A stretch of DNA of 64,000 bases from Chitinophagaceae bacterium (GTDB lineage Bacteria; Bacteroidota; Bacteroidia; Chitinophagales; Chitinophagaceae). The stretch lies in NCBI GenBank assembly GCA_009996675.1, contig JAACZQ010000005.1, forward strand, positions 7,948 through 71,947. Direction: 5' to 3'. Both the position numbers and the translations under genes were made by a program. Positions within the stretch are counted from its first letter, which is position 1, and the number at the start of each line of letters is the position of its first letter. The notes under the pieces were generated by a model. The model did not search any database. It saw only the letters and a program-made list of their open reading frames with translations, and was not told the DNA's origin. Shown here piece by piece: positions 38,511-48,348 of this stretch.

Positions 38511-38700
38511 GCCGTCGTTGGTCGCCTGACAATTACCCATCGATCCTGGTATGAAGCGACAGGCTGGATTTCCTTCGTAGAGCAGTTTTAACAGGTTGAT
38601 TTACAGCACACTAATTTTTACTTCTATGCTTTCTTGCAAATTTAAAGTTTGTCTTTAAATATTTTAAAGAGGGTCCTCTCGCCGTTGTTGGTCGCCTGAC
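38511..38700. repeat. Duplicated 20-mer GCCGTYGTTGGTCGCCTGAC
   Basis: Copies at 38511-38530 and 38681-38700 with one mismatch. Confidence 0.7.
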
Positions 38701-38916
38701 CAAGAACCAACAGATCGCCGACGTCCCACTTCGTCCAGCTTTGCCGGTAACAAAACTAATGGCTTCCGACACCTAATAAACATGGTAACCATGGTACAAT
38801 CCTGCCGAAGATATTGATAATCAAACCCATCTCACCAAAAAATAGTTAACGCCCAACGGTGGCATGACAGAAAAACATGGTACTGGTCGGGGCAACTGCG
38901 CATGAAACAGGCATCA

Positions 38917-39016
38917 CCTTCGGGTTGTGTTCGGGTTTTCCTCGGTCTCACCCGATAATCCTTCGGTCTTTCTTCGATCTTTTGACCAGGTTGGTCGAAT
39001 TTGGTGAGGACTTGGT
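38917..39016. repeat. Helically phased 10-11-bp degenerate repeat array
   Basis: YYCGR units with CG at 38921, 38932, 38943, 38953, 38964, 38975, then TTGGT at 38991, 39001, 39012. Confidence 0.6.
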
Positions 39017-39202
39017 GCGTATTACAGTCGAGTATGCTGCGATACCCACAAGGTCCAATACCTGACCACGTTGGATTTTTTATGCGAAGCGCTCCGAATC
39101 GGCCTGTTTGATATGCAAAAACAAACTTGTATCAAGCTGATCACATATTACCTTGGACTGTAGCTTGCACCAATTAAGGTATTAATTATAAAATATCGCT
39201 CT

Positions 39203-40516
39203 TTAAGAAAAGAGGCTATTTAATGTACGAATTCGTTTGAACATAACATTATCAGCGTCTTCATGATTATCAAACCTAATATCTATATTCTTCGCTTCGA
39301 TGATAATATCTTCTGCTAACATTATTGATGGAACTTCAAATACTGCATTTTCAGCATTTATCTTCGATTCAGGATATAGTAGTAAAAGATTATTACAATT
39401 TCGCCTGATAGCATATCCAATCATTTGATATAAATCAGTCTGAGACACACCTTTTTTTAAACCATCGTTGTTTGAGCGAATTTTATACTTGATATCAATT
39501 ATCAACTTATCGGGAATGTAGATGTCATTACGAATTTGAAAAACAGAAGAACCTTTGCTGAGAGCAAGATAATCGGTACTCTGACTTCTGATGTTTAATG
39601 CTGGCCACTTATCAGATACAAAACCAAAAATGAAATCCTCAAAAATGTACTCCATCGGCAGCAAAAAGCAGAAATTGTTGCTGTCCTCATCTTCCAAATC
39701 AATAACCTGATTCGACAGGTACAACCTGCACAGATCCAATATGTGTTTATGTTCGGCAAACAAAGGATTCAGTTTGACTTTATCACAATCATTTGCAGAG
39801 CAAGGAATGTCCGAAACGTCATTCAGGATAAAAAGAATCTCGTTTAAGCGTTCTTGATTCAGATAGTTTTCGCTGACGGCAAGCAAACGCTTTGTAACGT
39901 ACTTTACTATCTGATTGAAAAGATTATCGTAAACAAACGGTTCATGGTTGCAAAAGAAATTCTGCCATTTGCCGGTTGTAAGGTTGTTTTTGGTGTACTC
40001 CTCATATGAAATACGCCCTTTTAAAAACGGGCTTTCTTCACCTACCGTTTGGTATGCCTGAAAAGGCTGATTGGAAATAACGTCTTCGGTAAAATTGGCA
40101 AAAATGTAAATGAGCAGTTCCAGAAAGTCATCGAATTGCAGCTTAGAAACATCGGCAAATGAAAAAGGAAACTTCACCTTCCGGCAATAAGAAAGCCAAT
40201 ACAACATGTTAAGTTGCCACTGCTTTGTATTTTCTGCTTCATCATCTGCAAATATTTTGGGATACACTTCAACACGGATTCCATCATATTGTACTACGCC
40301 CACATAGTTTCTTGCAGAGATTTTGCCATCTACCGTAAAATCAAAAAACCGCTGCCGTTGTATTTTCTCCGCCTGCTGTTCTTCCTCTGTTAGTTCTTCG
40401 GTTGATTCGACATACCGATTCCTGTTTTGCCAAACACCAGATAGGTAATTGACAAATTCCGGTAGCTTTGATTGATGGCCGGCAAAAGAATCGCTATGCC
40501 ACTCGAATAACCTCAC
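39203..40516 (-). CDS. mcrC: McrC-family PD-(D/E)xK nuclease subunit
   Basis: ARNYVGVVQ...EVYPKI, MEYIFEDF, IIDIKYK and DLYQMIGYA motifs; GTG start overlapping the mcrB stop. Confidence 0.9.
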   Translation of the reverse strand: MRLFEWHSDSFAGHQSKLPEFVNYLSGVWQNRNRYVESTEELTEEEQQAEKIQRQRFFDFTVDGKISARNYVGVVQYDGIRVEVYPKIFADDEAENTKQWQLNMLYWLSYCRKVKFPFSFADVSKLQFDDFLELLIYIFANFTEDVISNQPFQAYQTVGEESPFLKGRISYEEYTKNNLTTGKWQNFFCNHEPFVYDNLFNQIVKYVTKRLLAVSENYLNQERLNEILFILNDVSDIPCSANDCDKVKLNPLFAEHKHILDLCRLYLSNQVIDLEDEDSNNFCFLLPMEYIFEDFIFGFVSDKWPALNIRSQSTDYLALSKGSSVFQIRNDIYIPDKLIIDIKYKIRSNNDGLKKGVSQTDLYQMIGYAIRRNCNNLLLLYPESKINAENAVFEVPSIMLAEDIIIEAKNIDIRFDNHEDADNVMFKRIRTLNSLFS

Positions 40517-43353
40517 TCAGCAATAATTTGAAAATTTTCTTTGATGCCTGTTAATTTTAAAGCTACACCAGCCTCACTTAAAATGTTTTTCACTGTAGCC
40601 GCATTACTTTGGCAGTATTCATAAAGCAGGGGGATAATCTTTGTGTTCAATATCTTGGCACGGTCTGCCTCGGGTTTATTTATAAAAAAGGCGTGGCCAA
40701 TAAAAAAATCAGGGTTCTTCTTCCAATTATAAATGGCCTGATTCAAGGCTTCCAGCAGTGATGCCCACCAGTCGGATTCTATGTATTCAGGGTACAGTGA
40801 CTTAAACTCAAACCTTCTTCTCAAAGCAATATCCAATAAAGCAATTGAACGGTCGGCTGTGTTCATTGTGCCAATAACATACAAATTCCCTGGCACACTG
40901 AATTTCTCATTAGAGTATGGTAATTCTAACCACATCTCATTGTCTGCCCCTATACGTTTGTCATCTTCAAGAAGGGTAATGAGTTCACCAAATACTGCTG
41001 AAATATTAGCTCTGTTTATTTCATCAATGAACAAAGCAAACTGCATGGATGGATTTGATTTTGCCTTTTCAAACTTTGCAATCCGGTTTTCAGCTAAATC
41101 CTGATAGCAGGCTTCAAATGAATCATAACCTACTAAACGCAATGCTTCCAGACAGCTATTGTAGAAGATGCCTTTCTTTAACTCAAACTGCAATTCACCT
41201 GACTGTTCCTCTGCATTTTCACTGCTAAGCAACGGCTTAATGCCTTCGATAAAATCTTCATAACTGTATTTCTGGTGGAACGTAATGAAATTATACCGGG
41301 TTTTGAAAGTGGTACTTTGTACTGGTTGCGGTACAGGATTGGCGGCTATGTCTAATAATTCCTGATCAATAATGTCAGCCAAATCCGCTTTCTTATCATC
41401 CCAAATTGACCATTTGCTATCATTACTCTTCTTAAACAACTGTATAGGACCCTTATATTTTACATCCATATCTGTTGAATCGCTATCGGCATAGGATTGA
41501 AGAATACGCCACACAGTATTTCTCGGTGTTTTGGCGTCAGGATTAATCTTTGCTTTGATCAATGGGGATTCTAAAATTTCACTTACAGACATAGAAGTAC
41601 TCCATGATCCTAATACCGCACCCAACACTTTCCAAAAGGGATAAGCATTCACCTTCTCCTTTAGCACATCCTCGGCACTTTTTGTAATACCCCTATCGGT
41701 GAAGTGGGTTTCTTTGTATTGGTTGAGCTTGTAGGTTTTGCCCGTTCCGGGAGGACCATACAGTATTGTATTGATGTACAAGTCTAATTTCTTGCCCATA
41801 TTCTGAGTGTTTGCTTCAATTAATTTCAACAGGGTGTGATACTGCTTTCTGGTTGCCGAAAAGTTAGTTCCCTGATTGCCAACTTTCAATTCCTCTAAAC
41901 CTTTCGTGGATTTAATGTTTTGCCACAGCAAAGGATTATCGACCAGGCTGTGTGTTAATTCAATTCCTGCTTTTAATGATATTTTCGGCTCTGATTTCCA
42001 CAGATGGTTGTCGGGTGATATGCCTGCCTCGGCGGGGTCGCTGGTAATACGTGCCAATGCGTAACAACCTGCTCTTTTGCCGGTAAGCCAAAGAATGACT
42101 TTGTCGTTTGTCTTGATTTTATCTTTATGAGCCGCTACCGTCCAATCGTGCAGCAAATTGTTTTTTACTGCCTTTGCATAATCAAATTCTGCCGGATTGC
42201 ATTGGAATACCCAATAATTGATAAAGCGATCATGCCAAATGTCTAAAGCAATATTCTTGTAAGGTGCATGAACCCTGCAAATGCCTTGCTGTAATGGATA
42301 GGTAAACACTTCATCTTCTGACAATTCATACCATTCAACTTTGGATATATTTACATTGTTATCATAGTCAATTTTGTGGCTGTCGAAATCGGCTTCATAC
42401 TCCGGGAAATTAACAGATGGTGATGGTGCTTCAAGAACTTTGCCGATTGATAAAACCGTTTGCCCCTCTGTGACGATAACCAAATCGCCAATGGAGTACA
42501 TTCTATCATTTACTCCAATAACCATTGAGTGCTTTTTGATAAACTCATAAAAACTCGGAGCACCTTTCCCCCAATTACAGCCCAGCTTCCAAACATTGCC
42601 AGTCAGGTTAACAACAGTATCAAAGGCTTCATCAAACAATTGTTTTCTGTAGGTAGCATCTAAAACGGCCTTTTCAAAGATGGCATTGTTGTGTCGCCTA
42701 AAGCCTGAAACAGAAGTTCTACTCAACTCCCTTTCGGCTGCTCTTACAAGTCCATCAAACTTAGCTGAGATGACATCTACACCGGAACAGCGATAATAAT
42801 AGGCCAAAGGCTCTCCATCGTACTTTGATACTTCAATGTCATCAATTGTTGGAATCTTGGTATCATGTATAAACTGCCATGCATTTTCTTCTGCCGGTAT
42901 GTAGGCGTAACAGTAGCGTTGCCCGATAGTAATTGTTAATCGCTTGTTGGCTCTTGTGCCATAGGTAAGTCTTGCATCATCTAATTGCACCTTCAGCTTA
43001 TCCATTAAATCGGCTGCACATCCAAAAAACTTTGTTGCGTTTGCCTGTCCCATTCGCTGGAGGATTTGAATAAACCCTTCTTTGGTGGCAGGCATTTCAG
43101 GTTCTTCGCCTTTGGGAACAATTTCAAACTCAAACTTCCTGAGATACTTGTTTGTGGGTTCGCCACCGCTGTATGGCCAATCCTTAGTGCCATTGGCAAT
43201 TAAATTGGCATACCGCATCACCTCTTTAGGCGGATACGCTTTGCCATTGATGACTACATCAAAACGGGTTGAAGGTTCTAATACAATACCTTCCCGTTCG
43301 ATTTTATCAACCGCATCTAAAACATGTTGCTTTGTGATTTTATCAATGCTCAT
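40513..43353 (-). CDS. mcrB: Multidomain McrB-family AAA+ GTPase (EVE and other putative reader domains)
   Basis: GPPGTGKT, TFHQKYSYEDFIEG, DEINRAN, GTMNTADRS and ALRRRF motifs; EVE-like YWVFQCNP...DKVILW domain. Confidence 0.92.
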   Translation of the reverse strand: MSIDKITKQHVLDAVDKIEREGIVLEPSTRFDVVINGKAYPPKEVMRYANLIANGTKDWPYSGGEPTNKYLRKFEFEIVPKGEEPEMPATKEGFIQILQRMGQANATKFFGCAADLMDKLKVQLDDARLTYGTRANKRLTITIGQRYCYAYIPAEENAWQFIHDTKIPTIDDIEVSKYDGEPLAYYYRCSGVDVISAKFDGLVRAAERELSRTSVSGFRRHNNAIFEKAVLDATYRKQLFDEAFDTVVNLTGNVWKLGCNWGKGAPSFYEFIKKHSMVIGVNDRMYSIGDLVIVTEGQTVLSIGKVLEAPSPSVNFPEYEADFDSHKIDYDNNVNISKVEWYELSEDEVFTYPLQQGICRVHAPYKNIALDIWHDRFINYWVFQCNPAEFDYAKAVKNNLLHDWTVAAHKDKIKTNDKVILWLTGKRAGCYALARITSDPAEAGISPDNHLWKSEPKISLKAGIELTHSLVDNPLLWQNIKSTKGLEELKVGNQGTNFSATRKQYHTLLKLIEANTQNMGKKLDLYINTILYGPPGTGKTYKLNQYKETHFTDRGITKSAEDVLKEKVNAYPFWKVLGAVLGSWSTSMSVSEILESPLIKAKINPDAKTPRNTVWRILQSYADSDSTDMDVKYKGPIQLFKKSNDSKWSIWDDKKADLADIIDQELLDIAANPVPQPVQSTTFKTRYNFITFHQKYSYEDFIEGIKPLLSSENAEEQSGELQFELKKGIFYNSCLEALRLVGYDSFEACYQDLAENRIAKFEKAKSNPSMQFALFIDEINRANISAVFGELITLLEDDKRIGADNEMWLELPYSNEKFSVPGNLYVIGTMNTADRSIALLDIALRRRFEFKSLYPEYIESDWWASLLEALNQAIYNWKKNPDFFIGHAFFINKPEADRAKILNTKIIPLLYEYCQSNAATVKNILSEAGVALKLTGIKENFQIIAE

Positions 43354-43368
43354 GAAAAACTACTGTGG

Positions 43369-46356
43369 CTATTTATTGGGTTGAATATTGTGATTTTGTT
43401 TCCAGATTCTATCAAATACAAAATCGAGGTATTGCCTCTTGAAATCGGCATCATCTGTAAACTTCTTGTATAAATCGGTATAGGTGAAAATGACATCCTG
43501 CATCAGGTCTTCCACCTTTTTATCGGAGGTAATCTTTGCGTTCTGTTTATCTGAATTAATGACTGCATTAACCGTAGCCAGGTCTCTGGCTAAGTCGGCA
43601 GGCAATTGTTCAAATAGGAACCGCTTTACCTTGTCATCATCCGTCCAGTTGTCAATGCCAAAACGGGTATTGAAATCATTAATGATAGCCTCCAGTTCAT
43701 CAAACTCATTATCGCCTTTCTTGCCTTTCATTATTGCCGGAGTTGGGTCTAATTCTTCACTGCCTTGTAATTTGATGTTGTCGATTGTTGTTTTGCTGAG
43801 TCTGTAACTGTCAAGGTCTATGGCTTCCAGTATACCTTTTGCCAAATCCTCATTTTCCTGCTGCTTAATTTTAGGCATCAGAAATTTCAAAAACCAATAC
43901 AGCCTTTCCCAATACGGATTATTGAAGGATAAAATCTTTGAAAGGAAAGCATAGGTTCGGTTAAAGGATTTTGCCTTTACATAAAAATCTACCTGAGCAT
44001 CGGGGTTGAGTTCTGTTTTAAACAGATGTACACAACCGTCTATAATGGGGTCTAATTCAGTACGGTCTGCATTTTTGAAATACAGGTCGGTAAAGTTGAT
44101 CACATCATCTTTGCTGTACACCTGTGCATTATCCAACGCATCCTGCAAATCGTTCAGCTTGTTGGCATCGGTTTCTTCACTCAATACTGTTGTGGTGTAG
44201 AAAGGCTCAAACGATTCTTTAATGTCATCTACAGAGTTGAAGAAATCAAGCACAAAAGTGTCTTCCTTATCGGGTTTGTACGCCCTGTTTAATCGTGACA
44301 AAGTTTGAACAGCCTGCACATCGGTTAGCTTCTTATCTACATACATGGTATGCAGTAAAGGCTGGTCGAAACCTGTTTGGAATTTATTGGCCACAATAAG
44401 GAACCGATACTCATTCTTTTTGAACATTTTTGGAATATCGCCACTTGGGAAACCGTTGAGTTTGGCTTCATCATATTCCACTCCATCAATGGTTCGTTTA
44501 CCGGAGAAGGCAACGATGGCTTTGTAGGGCGAATGAATTTCTTTGAGATACGTATTGAATGCCCTGTAATACTGAATAGCATTGTTGATGGATTTGGTTA
44601 CCACCATCGCTTTTGCCTTTCCCTTAATCTGCTTTTTTACTTCGCTGTGGAAATGGTCTACCATTACTTTCGACTTTTCCCGAATAGAAACGGCATGATT
44701 CTCCACATAAGCCCTTAGCTTCTTTTGTGCCTGATGGGTTTCAAATTCAGGGTTTTCTTCCACTGCCTTATTGAGCTTGTAATAGCTTTGGTAGGTAGTA
44801 TAGTTTTTCAGCACATCGAGAATAAATTCTTCCTCGATGGCCTGTTTCATGCTGTATAAGTGGAATGGGTAAAACTTACCGGGTTCTCCTGCTGTATCAT
44901 CCGGCAATATGCCTTTGCGGCCAAAGGTTTCCAGGGTTTTGTTTTTGGGTGTTGCCGTAAAAGCAAAGTAGCTGGCATTCTTCAGCATCTTACGTTGCTG
45001 AATCATTTGGTTTATCTGGTCTTCGGTGTCTTCTGGTTCTTCGTCAGGAATTTTATCTTCATCACCGTAAGGTTCGCTGCGGTCGCTGAGTACCCAATTC
45101 ATTTTTGATGCGGTTTCTCCGCTTTGGCTGCTGTGTGCTTCATCAATAATAATGGCGAAACGCTTTCCTGCCAGTTCGCCAATTTCATCCATCACAAAGG
45201 GAAATTTCTGTACGGTGGTAATGATGATTTTCTTGCCATCTTCCAACGCCTGTTTCAATTGCTTGCTGCCTTTATCAATGGCTTCCACCACTTTGGCCAC
45301 TTGTGCAAACTGTTTGATGTTGTCCCGTATCTGCTTATCCAGCACTTTACGGTCGGTTACTACAATCACACTATCAAAAACCGATTGGGTATTGGCTGCA
45401 TCGTGCAGGCTTGCCAACTGATGGGCCAACCAGGTAATGGAATTGGATTTACCTGAACCTGCGGAATGCTGAATTAGGTAACGCTGCCCTACACCGTTTG
45501 CTTTTGAATCGGCCAACAGCTTTTGCACCACTTTGAGCTGGTGGTAACGGGGAAATACCAGTTTGCGTTTTACCTTGCCGGTATCTTCATCTGTTTCCTC
45601 TACAATCTGGGCGTAATTTTCAATGATATTGCTCAGGCTGTGTTTGGTGAGTATCTCCTTCCATAAATAATCACTTTTCAGCCCGTTGGGATTTACCGGA
45701 TTGCCTGCACCGTTGTTTACGCCTTTGTTGAAAGGCAGGAAAAAGGTAGAGAAGCCTGATAGGGCGGTAGCCATGTACACCAAATCGGGGTCAACGGCAA
45801 AGTGAACCATGCAACGGCCAAAGGCAAACAATGGTTCTTTGGGGTCACGGTCGGTTTGGTATTGGCGGATGGCATGTTTTACATTCTGCCCTGTCCAGGG
45901 ATTTTTAAGTTCAAACGTAATGACTGGAAGGCCGTTAATGAACAAGGCCATGTCCAGTGAATTGTTGTTGCTGAGGCTGTAATGCTGTTGACGGGTGATG
46001 GAAAATATATTGGACTGATATAGTTTGGTGGCTTTGGCATTGAGGGTGGAGGCAGGGCTTTTGAAATACAGCCATACATTGAGGTCGAGGTCTTTAATGC
46101 CTTTACGCAATACATCAATAATGCCCCGCTGTTTGATTTGCTCGGCAAGGCGTTTCAGGAATTTTTCTTCGCCCCGCTTTTGGATGGTATCCCATGCATC
46201 GGGCTGAGTGCTTTGCAAAAACTCAAACAATAGTTTTTTATTCAGGCATAGATCCCTGTCGTAATCCGTTGGGTACGAAATACGAAACGCCTGCTCCTCA
46301 ATCAGGCTTTTTTCGATGAGGGTTTCTAACCCTTTTTCTGATGTATCTGTACTCAT
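43369..46356 (-). CDS. hsdR: Type I restriction enzyme R subunit
   Basis: D...FINGLPVITFELKN nuclease; QHSAGSGKS, DEAH, FTATP and QTGFD helicase motifs. Confidence 0.96.
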   Translation of the reverse strand: MSTDTSEKGLETLIEKSLIEEQAFRISYPTDYDRDLCLNKKLLFEFLQSTQPDAWDTIQKRGEEKFLKRLAEQIKQRGIIDVLRKGIKDLDLNVWLYFKSPASTLNAKATKLYQSNIFSITRQQHYSLSNNNSLDMALFINGLPVITFELKNPWTGQNVKHAIRQYQTDRDPKEPLFAFGRCMVHFAVDPDLVYMATALSGFSTFFLPFNKGVNNGAGNPVNPNGLKSDYLWKEILTKHSLSNIIENYAQIVEETDEDTGKVKRKLVFPRYHQLKVVQKLLADSKANGVGQRYLIQHSAGSGKSNSITWLAHQLASLHDAANTQSVFDSVIVVTDRKVLDKQIRDNIKQFAQVAKVVEAIDKGSKQLKQALEDGKKIIITTVQKFPFVMDEIGELAGKRFAIIIDEAHSSQSGETASKMNWVLSDRSEPYGDEDKIPDEEPEDTEDQINQMIQQRKMLKNASYFAFTATPKNKTLETFGRKGILPDDTAGEPGKFYPFHLYSMKQAIEEEFILDVLKNYTTYQSYYKLNKAVEENPEFETHQAQKKLRAYVENHAVSIREKSKVMVDHFHSEVKKQIKGKAKAMVVTKSINNAIQYYRAFNTYLKEIHSPYKAIVAFSGKRTIDGVEYDEAKLNGFPSGDIPKMFKKNEYRFLIVANKFQTGFDQPLLHTMYVDKKLTDVQAVQTLSRLNRAYKPDKEDTFVLDFFNSVDDIKESFEPFYTTTVLSEETDANKLNDLQDALDNAQVYSKDDVINFTDLYFKNADRTELDPIIDGCVHLFKTELNPDAQVDFYVKAKSFNRTYAFLSKILSFNNPYWERLYWFLKFLMPKIKQQENEDLAKGILEAIDLDSYRLSKTTIDNIKLQGSEELDPTPAIMKGKKGDNEFDELEAIINDFNTRFGIDNWTDDDKVKRFLFEQLPADLARDLATVNAVINSDKQNAKITSDKKVEDLMQDVIFTYTDLYKKFTDDADFKRQYLDFVFDRIWKQNHNIQPNK

Positions 46357-46358
46357 AC

Positions 46359-47618
46359 TTATGCTACTTTAATTCTGCCTGTTACCACTTCAGCAATCAG
46401 GCTCTGCTTTAATTCTTTAACCTTTTCGATTTCCTTTTCAATCCGATTTATTGCGTTATCAATCCGATTATACTCAGTACGTATTTTGAAAATAATATTC
46501 TCTTGTTCGTTGATACTTGGCAACGGAACCATGAAATCTGTAAAAGCCGAAATACTTAACCCAACTCTTGTAACTCCATTAGCATGAACTTCAAAATGTT
46601 TGTTATATGCTTTTGATTGTAGCACTCTAAATAGAAACTCACCCAAAAGTTGTGAACCTGTTCTAATTTGAGCTAAATGATAACCACAAACAAGGTTGTC
46701 AATCTGCTCAACAACGAATGCTGGATTAGCAATGTCGTCTGCTGTTTCAGAGTCCTTTGTTACTAAAACATCTCCTTTTTTAACGGCAAACTTTTTTATT
46801 TCTGCAATTGTTGCAGTGGCTTGCATAAAATCAAAGGAACTCCCAATAAATTCATTTTTATAAACATCGGTGTAGTTGCATAGGAGGACAGGAATCTCTT
46901 CCTCTATGCTATGCTTATCCACATTGCTAAAAAATACTTTAGCTAAAAATTTCATCTTTCTCCTTTCCCATTTGCCTTCCTTATCTTCCAGCAGTTCATT
47001 TATCACCGCCTGCTTCTGCTCCTTCAACAATGCAATCAGCTTTTCCTTCTTTGCAATAAATCGGTTGATTTGTTCAGATTTGGCATCGAGGTAGTTGGCA
47101 ATGGCGGTTTGTTCGGGGAGTGGGGGGAGAAATGAATACAGACGGTAAAAGTCATCAGTGTACATACGTAATCTGCTTTCAATTACGCCAGACGACACAC
47201 TTCGGAAGTATAACTTCATAAAGTCCGTCCTAAAAAGATAGTGATAGTATTTAGGGTTGATATTCCTATCAAACCTGTAGACACAGTAGGCTGGGCTTGC
47301 TATTCCATCATAAGCGCTAACACCCAGACTGCCATTCCATGCCAACATGATATTGATAACTAAATCATCTTTTCGAACAACTTTATAACCTTCAAGCGTT
47401 GAAGCAGTTGTTAGTAAGTCACCATCATTTTCTAACCTGTCTTTCTTTAAAGTGACCCCAGTGTATTGAGAAACAGAAAGTAAATCTTCTTCACCACGTA
47501 ATGACCTTTTATTTATTTCTTTCAATAAGTATTTATTCCTTCTCAACTCCCAATGCTCCGGCATTTCAGGCAGCCAGGGAATAGAAGTTGATTTATATGT
47601 AGGGTATGATGCTCTCAT
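46359..47618 (-). CDS. hsdS: Type I restriction enzyme specificity subunit
   Basis: Two TRDs separated by PPLPEQTAIANYLD...LKEQKQAVI conserved helices; C-terminal LIAEVVTG. Confidence 0.95.
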   Translation of the reverse strand: MRASYPTYKSTSIPWLPEMPEHWELRRNKYLLKEINKRSLRGEEDLLSVSQYTGVTLKKDRLENDGDLLTTASTLEGYKVVRKDDLVINIMLAWNGSLGVSAYDGIASPAYCVYRFDRNINPKYYHYLFRTDFMKLYFRSVSSGVIESRLRMYTDDFYRLYSFLPPLPEQTAIANYLDAKSEQINRFIAKKEKLIALLKEQKQAVINELLEDKEGKWERRKMKFLAKVFFSNVDKHSIEEEIPVLLCNYTDVYKNEFIGSSFDFMQATATIAEIKKFAVKKGDVLVTKDSETADDIANPAFVVEQIDNLVCGYHLAQIRTGSQLLGEFLFRVLQSKAYNKHFEVHANGVTRVGLSISAFTDFMVPLPSINEQENIIFKIRTEYNRIDNAINRIEKEIEKVKELKQSLIAEVVTGRIKVA

Positions 47619-47625
47619 TATTCAA

Positions 47626-48348
47626 TTAAATAGGGTCAGCGATATTTGCAGGGTTACGGGGAATGGGCTGGTAACCATTGGCAGGGTCAAAACAATTTGT
47701 TGCCGTACCCATAAATATGTTTATTAGTTCTCGCTTTACATCTTCATGGGCACTAAAAACTGAAAACCAAATAGAAAAGAAGCCCTTTTGGGAAGCAAAT
47801 TCTGCAACCTGAACAGGATTCAATCTCCCACTTTCAAATCTTGTTAAATATTTGTCTGCCCACTCCCAAGCTATCCTCCTGTGATCCCATCTTGTGTCGT
47901 TCTGATTATGATTAGGGTATTTCGGGTTGCCAGGTATCTTATCCAAACCGACCAAATTCAGTATATTTTCAGCATAAGTAAAAGAAGCAGTGCCATTTAA
48001 GTCTGGGTTGACCATGACATAACCACCTTCTTCATACTTGAATGAAAGAAAGGTGTTGTTCCGATGAGGAAAATGCATAATTGATAAGTCAACATTCCTA
48101 TTTGACTTATTGTCTCTGCCATTGCATCTCCCACATGCTACTAAAAAATTATTCCAATCATGTGACAGCGTATGGTCCTGATCTTTGGAAATTACATGCT
48201 CCACCTCAAGGTCTGAACTAAAAACTTCACAATAACTGCAATAGCAACCCAAATGACCTTCAAGGTCTATTTTAGCTTTTGTATGAGAATTATATGATTT
48301 AGGATTACCATCTTCCTGAGGCCATCCAATTTTAGTTACCGGTCTCAT
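47626..48348 (-). CDS. ptuB: PtuB-like HNH endonuclease (Septu / retron type I-A effector family)
   Basis: YCSYCE...EVEHVISK...WNNFLVACGRCN HNH with two CxxC; downstream of an ABC ATPase. Confidence 0.85.
   Translation of the reverse strand: MRPVTKIGWPQEDGNPKSYNSHTKAKIDLEGHLGCYCSYCEVFSSDLEVEHVISKDQDHTLSHDWNNFLVACGRCNGRDNKSNRNVDLSIMHFPHRNNTFLSFKYEEGGYVMVNPDLNGTASFTYAENILNLVGLDKIPGNPKYPNHNQNDTRWDHRRIAWEWADKYLTRFESGRLNPVQVAEFASQKGFFSIWFSVFSAHEDVKRELINIFMGTATNCFDPANGYQPIPRNPANIADPI

Noticed and set aside
47081-47090. G-run in hsdS as a phase-variation tract
   Set aside because: Only six G on this strand, encoding the conserved Pro-Pro-Leu; the frame is intact and no inverted hsdS copies or invertase are present.
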